A DNA stretch of 32,717 nt from a virus (Duplodnaviria > Caudoviricetes), in the IMG/VR virus record IMGVR_UViG_3300032277_000044, positions 1-32,717 of that record, one strand, 5' to 3'. Numbering within the stretch: the first letter of the stretch is position 1; each line of letters opens with the position of its first letter. The notes under the pieces are model-generated. The model ran no database searches. It was not told where the DNA came from and saw only the letters and a list, made by a program, of their open reading frames with translations. Shown piece by piece: positions 26,991 through 32,717 of the stretch. A program made the translations under genes and the position numbers.

Positions 26991-27050
26991 AATAACTCAC
27001 TTAGTTATTGACTTAGTTCATGTGATTTGAAATAATAACACAAAGGAGGA
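26991..27050. promoter_or_regulatory. Divergent intergenic region with a rightward sigma70 promoter
   Basis: TTGACT (27008-27013), 17 bp, AATAAT (27031-27036) with TG extension; AAAGGAGG RBS; small inverted and direct repeats. Confidence 0.6.
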
Positions 27051-27054
27051 ACAT

Positions 27055-27312
27055 ATGAAAACACAATATTCAGTCGGATTGACTCAAGAGCAATCAATAT
27101 ATATCAAAGAGTTCGCAAGAACAGAATACATCTCATTAAGTGAAGCTATTCGAAAGATCATGTCGTTGGGTATCAATACTCATCAAGAGCGAGAGGTTCC
27201 AATCTCTGAACAAGTGCAGCTTATTGAAGATCAGATCAGATCAGTTGAAGAACAAAAAAGAGAACTATCATATCAACGAGACTTTTTAAAAAATAGAATT
27301 GAGGATCAATAA
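27055..27312 (+). CDS. Putative ribbon-helix-helix regulator with a C-terminal coiled coil
   Basis: YSVGLT...IKEFA...SLSEAIRKIM is an RHH/CopG-like pattern; strong RBS. Confidence 0.55.
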   Translation: MKTQYSVGLTQEQSIYIKEFARTEYISLSEAIRKIMSLGINTHQEREVPISEQVQLIEDQIRSVEEQKRELSYQRDFLKNRIEDQ

Positions 27313-27812
27313 TGGGATACAATCATATTCACATCTGTGGGAATCTTGGAAGAGATCCCGAAGTCAAGACAACTCAAAATGGCAAGCCAATGGTGAAACT
27401 TAATATTGCAGTTACAAAGAGATATAACAATCAAGAGAATACAACTTGGTTTAAGGTGGTGGCCTTTGGTGAACTCGCTGAACGTTGTGCAAAGTCTCTT
27501 GTCAAAGGATGTAAGTTATCAGTTCATGGAGAGATGGAATCAAGATCATATCTTCACAATGGAGAGAATCGGACTGACTGGTCTGTTCTTATGCGTGGTG
27601 TAGAATTTCATACTCGACCAGAGCGAAGTCATCAAGCTGAATATAAAGCTGCTCCATCTCCATCTCTTCAAGAAGTCAAATCAGTTGAAGTCTTAGATCC
27701 TTGGACTTGGGACAAGACTCAAGATTCTGCTCAAAGTGATTATAAGTGGGAGACTGCACCGAGTGAAGTCAATTCCTTCGTCAATCAACCATGGAGAAAC
27801 AATTCAAAATGA
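27312..27812 (+). CDS. ssb: Single-stranded DNA-binding protein
   Basis: OB-fold motifs GNLGRDPE, TTWFKVVAFGELAE and KG.KLSVHGEM. Confidence 0.93.
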   Translation: MGYNHIHICGNLGRDPEVKTTQNGKPMVKLNIAVTKRYNNQENTTWFKVVAFGELAERCAKSLVKGCKLSVHGEMESRSYLHNGENRTDWSVLMRGVEFHTRPERSHQAEYKAAPSPSLQEVKSVEVLDPWTWDKTQDSAQSDYKWETAPSEVNSFVNQPWRNNSK

Positions 27813-28285
27813 ATCCAAAAGACTTGACTGAATTCGGAAGGCGAGAAGCTATGAGTCATAATAATGATACAAATGAAACACAGTCCTTGCGTACACGTAA
27901 GATTCAGCCTTACAAATATTCTGATGATGTCGCAATGGTGATCTGTACTTACTTGAGAAAGGGATGCACCATCGAAGCATCTTGTCAAGCGGCGAACATC
28001 GGACGAGCAACATATTATCGTTGGATGGATGAGATACCTGAATTCAAAGAGTTCGTGAATGCTACTGAGTCAGATGTTGAAGCAACACTCCTCGACGAGA
28101 TCAGAGAAAGTCTTGACTGGAGGGCAAAAGCTTGGATACTCGAAAGACGCTATCCGCAACGATGGGGAGTCAAGAGAGAACTTGAGGTCAGCGTGACAAA
28201 GCAAACAGGAACCGACGTGGTTCATGGAATGCTAGCAAATATTTTAAAACAAGAAAGCACTGATGACTTGAAGGAGGAATCATGA
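27809..28285 (+). CDS. terS: Terminase small subunit
   Basis: HTH GCTIEASCQAANIGRATYYRW and DWRAKAWILERRYPQRWG motif, upstream of terL. Start at 27809 by ATGA overlap with ssb. Confidence 0.75.
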   Translation: MNPKDLTEFGRREAMSHNNDTNETQSLRTRKIQPYKYSDDVAMVICTYLRKGCTIEASCQAANIGRATYYRWMDEIPEFKEFVNATESDVEATLLDEIRESLDWRAKAWILERRYPQRWGVKRELEVSVTKQTGTDVVHGMLANILKQESTDDLKEES

Positions 28286-28682
28286 AACCATTGAATATAG
28301 ATGTTCTTAGAAACTGGAAAGTATCAAGATTGGCAAAGCACTTGCAAAGATTAAAAGATGTTCATGAGTCTCCATGTGGTGATCCATATGATTTATATTA
28401 TGATGTCGGTCAAGAAAGTGCATTGTATAAAGTAAATGAGGATTCAAGCTCTTTGTATAAACTTACTGCACGAAGTCATTGTGATCTTTATGATTTGTTT
28501 CAAGGTGAGGAGGGTTTTTTCACACTGACATTTAGTGATAAGCAAATAGAAGAAAATACAAGAGAATTATATCAATATGAATATTATTGTGATGTTACTA
28601 AATCGGACAAAGACATGATCATACAAGCCATAAAAGAGTCATATGATTACAGCAAGGATAATATTTTAAAACAAGAAAGCAC
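28238..28682 (+). repeat. 23-bp direct repeat pair AATATTTTAAAACAAGAAAGCAC
   Basis: Identical copies at 28238-28260 and 28660-28682. Confidence 0.9.
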
Positions 28683-28701
28683 CGACGATTCAGAGTCGTG
28701 A
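28282..28701 (+). CDS. Hypothetical acidic protein inserted between terS and terL
   Basis: 139 aa, GGAGG RBS; ends in the same NILKQESTDD sequence as terS. Confidence 0.65.
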   Translation: MKPLNIDVLRNWKVSRLAKHLQRLKDVHESPCGDPYDLYYDVGQESALYKVNEDSSSLYKLTARSHCDLYDLFQGEEGFFTLTFSDKQIEENTRELYQYEYYCDVTKSDKDMIIQAIKESYDYSKDNILKQESTDDSES

Positions 28702-28766
28702 AGAATCGCCAGTGCTTAATGTATCAACAAGAAATGATAATATAATATGAATATTAGGAGTAGTCA

Positions 28767-30128
28767 ATGATTGATATCAACCCCAATCCATTGCAGACTC
28801 AAATCCTCAAAGCGATTGGAAAACAAGATCGTGTTGTTGCTGCTCGTTGTGGTTGGGGAAGTGGTAAGACTTCAGCCTTAGTCTTTTCAATGTTGTTGGT
28901 TTCAAAGTTACGACCCAATACATCATCTCTCATAGTGACAGACACGACTCCAAGGTATAACTCAGTATTGATGCCAGAGATTGAGAAATGGTTGGTTCCT
29001 CTTGGATGGACTTACAATCACACAAATAAATTGTGGACTGATACCGAGAACGGCTCAACCGTTTGGTGTCGCTCCTACTATCGACCAGGTACAAGGGAAG
29101 CCACTCACAATCCACTTGAGGGTTTGAATGTCACAAGTGGAGTATGCATGATTGATGAATGTCAGACTCTGACTTCTGAAGTTGCACACAAAGCACTCGG
29201 TCGTTTGAGAAGTGGTCCAAGTCCAATCATGATCCTTGTTGGTCTTCCTGTGATCGATGCCTGGTGGGTCAAGTTAGCTGAACAAGCTGAATGCCTTCCT
29301 TTGTTCTTCTCCTCATATGTCAATGAAGAGAACTTGAGTTCAGAATGGTTCGAAGCAACGAAGCTCCTTCCTGAAGACGAGCGTGAAGCGATGGTCATGA
29401 ATAAACCAAAACCTCCAAGCGGTCTTGTGTATTCAGAATTCAATCATGAGAAGCATGTCATTGATGACTTTGTATATCATCCTTCAATGACTGGACGAAT
29501 CGCTATTGACTGGGGATTCAGGAAACCATCAGTCTTGATCATTGTATACGATGAGAAAAGAGAAGCATCGATCATAGTTCATGAGTTCAACCCCAAAGAG
29601 GTTACCATTGAACAACTCAGTTTGATGATCCTTGCTGTGGCATATCCTCGTTCATTGATATCATCAGCACCATCAGAAAGGATTTGGCTTGACACCGGTG
29701 TCGCTGACAAAGCAGGAAAAGCAAGGAGTGATCACACAGGACTCTCAGCATTCAGAGTAATTCGAAAAGATCCTGATGAAGGTGGAATCGGTTTGCCAAT
29801 GAGGTCAACCACTGATCCAGTTCGAACCGATGTTCTCAACGGTGTCCAAAGATTGAAGAGAGCATTTAACTCAGGGAAGTATCTGATCACTCGAGAGATA
29901 TGGGAGAAAGGGGAGAGGGCAAGCGGCAACTCAATCAGAAAGGCATTGCTCTCATATGCATGGGATAAAAAAGAACAACCAAAGAAAGACGGCAGGGAAG
30001 ATCCACTTGATGCATTGAGATATGATTGTATCTTTCATCACTGGACTGAGTCTGCTCGCAACTATCAACCAAAGAGCAAACCGAATCGCAAGGTTCGAGT
30101 TGGTTCATCAAAGAGAGTCGAGTTCTAA
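28767..30128 (+). CDS. terL: Terminase large subunit
   Basis: Walker A CGWGSGKT, Walker B MIDECQ, nuclease motifs IAIDWGF and DPLDALRY. AGGAG RBS. Confidence 0.93.
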   Translation: MIDINPNPLQTQILKAIGKQDRVVAARCGWGSGKTSALVFSMLLVSKLRPNTSSLIVTDTTPRYNSVLMPEIEKWLVPLGWTYNHTNKLWTDTENGSTVWCRSYYRPGTREATHNPLEGLNVTSGVCMIDECQTLTSEVAHKALGRLRSGPSPIMILVGLPVIDAWWVKLAEQAECLPLFFSSYVNEENLSSEWFEATKLLPEDEREAMVMNKPKPPSGLVYSEFNHEKHVIDDFVYHPSMTGRIAIDWGFRKPSVLIIVYDEKREASIIVHEFNPKEVTIEQLSLMILAVAYPRSLISSAPSERIWLDTGVADKAGKARSDHTGLSAFRVIRKDPDEGGIGLPMRSTTDPVRTDVLNGVQRLKRAFNSGKYLITREIWEKGERASGNSIRKALLSYAWDKKEQPKKDGREDPLDALRYDCIFHHWTESARNYQPKSKPNRKVRVGSSKRVEF

Positions 30129-31354
30129 TGATAATTCATGGAGATTCATTTGAGGAGGTCAAGACCTTACAAGATAATTCAATCGATGCACTGGTGACAG
30201 ATCCCCCATATGGCATGAGCAATATTTCATATGCTGCCTTCATGGATTGCATGATGAAGTGGTGTTCTGATGATGACATGTATCTTCCCAAGGCAAAAGG
30301 ATTCATGAATAAATCTTGGGATGGTTTTGTCCCTCCTCCCGGCTTCTGGAAAGAAGTCTTAAGAGTGTTAAAGCCGGGAGCCTATGGTCTTGTCTTTGCA
30401 AGCTCAAGAACGCAAGATCTCATGGGTCTGTCTTTACGGATTGCAGGGTTTGAGATTCGTGATTGTGTGACTTGGCTTTATGGCTCGGGTTTTCCAAAAT
30501 CTCTTAACCTAAGTAAAGCAATGGATAAAAAAAATGGGACGCTGAAAGTAGTTGGTCAAGGACGAGCAGGGAGAAATGCTCTTGGTCAAGATAGTGGGTA
30601 TAATAAAACATATAACCCACATACTTATGACATAGTAGAAGCCAATTCACAAGAAGCACAACAATGGGAAGGATGGGGGACAGCATTAAAGCCATCATAT
30701 GAACCTGCCCTCTTGATTCGAAAACCATTCAAAGGATCAGTTGCGAGTAATGTTCTTGAGTGGGGAGTGGGGGGAATTAATATTGATGGGTGTCGGATTG
30801 GAGAGAGTGAAAGGTGTAATGCAAGCGCAAGACTCAATAATATTTATGGACAATTTAAAGGAGATGAGAACAAAGGAAGGTCTTGTATTGGAAGATTTCC
30901 AAGTAATACAATCATGGATGATGTAGCCTCAAGCCTCTTAAAAGACGAGTCAAGATTCTTTTACACAGCCAAGGCTTCACCAAGTGAAAGATCAGCAGGG
31001 TTGAATTGCAAACCTCAAAAAATAAATGAGGGTAGAAAAAAAGAAATTGATAATGCTTTTCAAAGAGAAAAAACAGAGAAAAGGAACATTCACCCAACTG
31101 TAAAACCCATTGAAATCATGAGATATCTTTGCAGGCTGATCACTCCTCCCAATGGATTAATATTGGAACCGTTCTTGGGAAGTGGGACAACTGCTATCGC
31201 CGCAGAAAAGGAAGGATTTGACATCATAGGGATTGAACGTGAAAAGGAGTATTATGATATTGCTCAAGCTCGGATCAAATATTGGTCAACTCATGATCAT
31301 GCTATGACTCCTCAAAATCCTCCTGATGAAGAAGTTCAATTAACATTATTTTAA
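30128..31354 (+). CDS. DNA amino-methyltransferase (N6-adenine/N4-cytosine, beta class)
   Basis: N-terminal VTDPPY, then HPTVKP and C-terminal EPFLGSGTT; no cognate restriction gene. Confidence 0.92.
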   Translation: MIIHGDSFEEVKTLQDNSIDALVTDPPYGMSNISYAAFMDCMMKWCSDDDMYLPKAKGFMNKSWDGFVPPPGFWKEVLRVLKPGAYGLVFASSRTQDLMGLSLRIAGFEIRDCVTWLYGSGFPKSLNLSKAMDKKNGTLKVVGQGRAGRNALGQDSGYNKTYNPHTYDIVEANSQEAQQWEGWGTALKPSYEPALLIRKPFKGSVASNVLEWGVGGINIDGCRIGESERCNASARLNNIYGQFKGDENKGRSCIGRFPSNTIMDDVASSLLKDESRFFYTAKASPSERSAGLNCKPQKINEGRKKEIDNAFQREKTEKRNIHPTVKPIEIMRYLCRLITPPNGLILEPFLGSGTTAIAAEKEGFDIIGIEREKEYYDIAQARIKYWSTHDHAMTPQNPPDEEVQLTLF

Positions 31355-31364
31355 GGATTAATTT

Positions 31365-31523
31365 ATGAAAGACACAAAGAAAAAAGTAATCCTCGATCTG
31401 ACTCGAGAGATGATTATTCAGCCAAGTGAATTGTTCTCAAATGATGAATTTGAGGAGTCCGTGAAACTATTTATTGAGATTGTTAAGACGCTGATTGATG
31501 AAAGTGATCAAAATGATAATTGA
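31365..31523 (+). CDS. Small acidic hypothetical protein, 52 aa (not in the ORF track)
   Basis: MKDTKKKVILDLTREMIIQPSELFSNDEFEESVKLFIEIVKTLIDESDQNDN, with an AAGGA RBS; fills the gap between the MTase and portal genes. Confidence 0.55.
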   Translation: MKDTKKKVILDLTREMIIQPSELFSNDEFEESVKLFIEIVKTLIDESDQNDN

Positions 31524-31586
31524 CAATTGATAATATAAAAATGATAATATACCCAAAGTGATTAGCATCACGAGGGTATTATGCAT
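31520..31586 (+). promoter_or_regulatory. Portal promoter and RBS-sequestering hairpin
   Basis: TTGACA at 31520-31525 and extended -10 TGaTATAAT at 31542-31550. Stem ATAATACCC/GGGTATTAT plus GTGAT/ATCAC covers GAGG and the ATG. Confidence 0.65.
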
Positions 31587-32717
31587 AAACACGACGATGC
31601 ACCAAAACATTTAAGAGCGAAATATCCACGATTTAAATCGCTCGGTATTACAGGGACTCAACTATCCGGTGGTACTATATCCGGATATGAACAGAATACT
31701 TCTCTCACTGGCTTGTCATGGGTTCGAGCAGCTGAAGAGATGTTGAGGACGGATCCAGTCGTTCGTCGGTCGTGGCATATGTTAAGACAAACATTATTGT
31801 CTGCAACATGGAGATTCGAAGCAGGGATTGAAGGTGATCCAGTCTCTGAAGAGCTCGCACGATTTGCCAATGAAGCATATGGCTTCGATGGATACTCGGG
31901 TCAAATGTCTGTGGCATGGGAAGAACAACTCGGATATCTTTTTGAATATGTCACTATTGGATATCGATATGCTGAAGAGATTTACAAAGTCGGTGTTGAT
32001 GCTAATGGGAAAACAAAAGTCTTTCTGGACTATTATGCAGATAGAGAGCCATCGGCTCACAATGAATGGTTAAGTCGAGATGGTCAACATCTTGATGGAG
32101 TAATGCAAACCGTTGTTGGTGTTGGCAAGAATCCACAACCGATTCCATCTCATAAGCTCCTACTTCTCACATTGAATCGAACCGGTTCAAACTTTGAAGG
32201 AATCGGAATGCTTCGGCCGGTTTGGTGGTGGTGGAAGACAAAGCAAAGAGTTTCAAATCTTATGTGTGTGGGATTGGATCGTTGGGCCGTTCCTACTCCT
32301 AAAGTCATTGTTGATCGATCACAAGCCGAAGCCCTTGGCTTAACTGATGGAGATATTGATGCAATGGTTCATGATGCTGAATTACAGGCTCAAGCTTTTC
32401 TCTCAGCTGAACAATCTTATCTTGTTGAAAACAGTGCAGTGAAGTTTGATTCTTATGCGGCAGCTCCAAATCTTTATGCACAAGGCCCGCTCGACATTAT
32501 CAAAGAATGCGATAATCAAATATCTCAAGCCTTCCTTGCTCAGTTTGCTAATCTTGGAATTAGTGATAGCGGTTCAAGATCAGTCGGTGAAGTTCATCTT
32601 TCTGTTTTTCGTCGTGCCGCTATTAACCTTTGCGATGTCGTCGCCGGCCAAATCAGCGGCCCCGATCGACGAGGTGGAGGAACCATTGGTCGATTGATTC
32701 GTTTCAATTATGGAGTG
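31581..32717 (+). CDS. Portal protein (Mu gp29/DUF935-like), 3'-truncated (not in the ORF track)
   Basis: 379 open codons to the window end: MHKHDDAPKH...MLRTDPVV...GYRYAEEIY...NFEGIGMLRPVWWWW...LDRWAVPTP...ECDNQISQAFLAQ...GSRSVGEVH. Lies downstream of terL. Confidence 0.88.
   Translation, partial: MHKHDDAPKHLRAKYPRFKSLGITGTQLSGGTISGYEQNTSLTGLSWVRAAEEMLRTDPVVRRSWHMLRQTLLSATWRFEAGIEGDPVSEELARFANEAYGFDGYSGQMSVAWEEQLGYLFEYVTIGYRYAEEIYKVGVDANGKTKVFLDYYADREPSAHNEWLSRDGQHLDGVMQTVVGVGKNPQPIPSHKLLLLTLNRTGSNFEGIGMLRPVWWWWKTKQRVSNLMCVGLDRWAVPTPKVIVDRSQAEALGLTDGDIDAMVHDAELQAQAFLSAEQSYLVENSAVKFDSYAAAPNLYAQGPLDIIKECDNQISQAFLAQFANLGISDSGSRSVGEVHLSVFRRAAINLCDVVAGQISGPDRRGGGTIGRLIRFNYGV

Noticed and set aside
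20895-31354. HNH nuclease and MTase as a restriction-modification pair
   Set aside because: They are about 8.4 kb apart in different operons, and both families occur commonly as stand-alone phage genes.
31658-32697. Several short ORFs in the track
   Set aside because: All overlap the long open portal frame starting at 31581, which the track omitted because it has no stop in the window.
1-32717. Stop-codon reassignment
   Set aside because: Conserved genes are intact under code 11 and end in TAA, TGA or TAG with tight packing.

Overview
This window is most of the genome of a tailed dsDNA phage, probably a siphovirus because there is a tail tube and tape measure but no sheath gene. It starts inside a head-tail joining gene and ends inside the portal gene, so the capsid module lies outside it. 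Gene order: neck and tail genes with a -1 frameshifted tail chaperone (1-12107); CHAP lysin and holin; a tail fibre with 8 x 63-aa repeats plus two paralogous fibre-tip proteins; four membrane proteins; a class II ribonucleotide reductase; a leftward early operon (AcrIF11-like ADP-ribosyltransferase, HTH, two small ORFs, RecT-like annealase, and an HNH nuclease split at an A9 tract); a lambda-O-type initiator with internal iterons and a DnaC-like loader; thyX, a sigma factor and dCMP deaminase; then ssb, terS, terL, a DNA methyltransferase and the portal. The best leads are the acr-aca-like anti-defence operon behind a symmetric divergent promoter, two recoding candidates, a hairpin hiding the portal ribosome-binding site, and an inserted gene flanked by a duplicated terS 3' end. 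All family assignments come from motif recognition and memory, not database searches. No integrase, DNA polymerase, tRNA or CRISPR array was seen.
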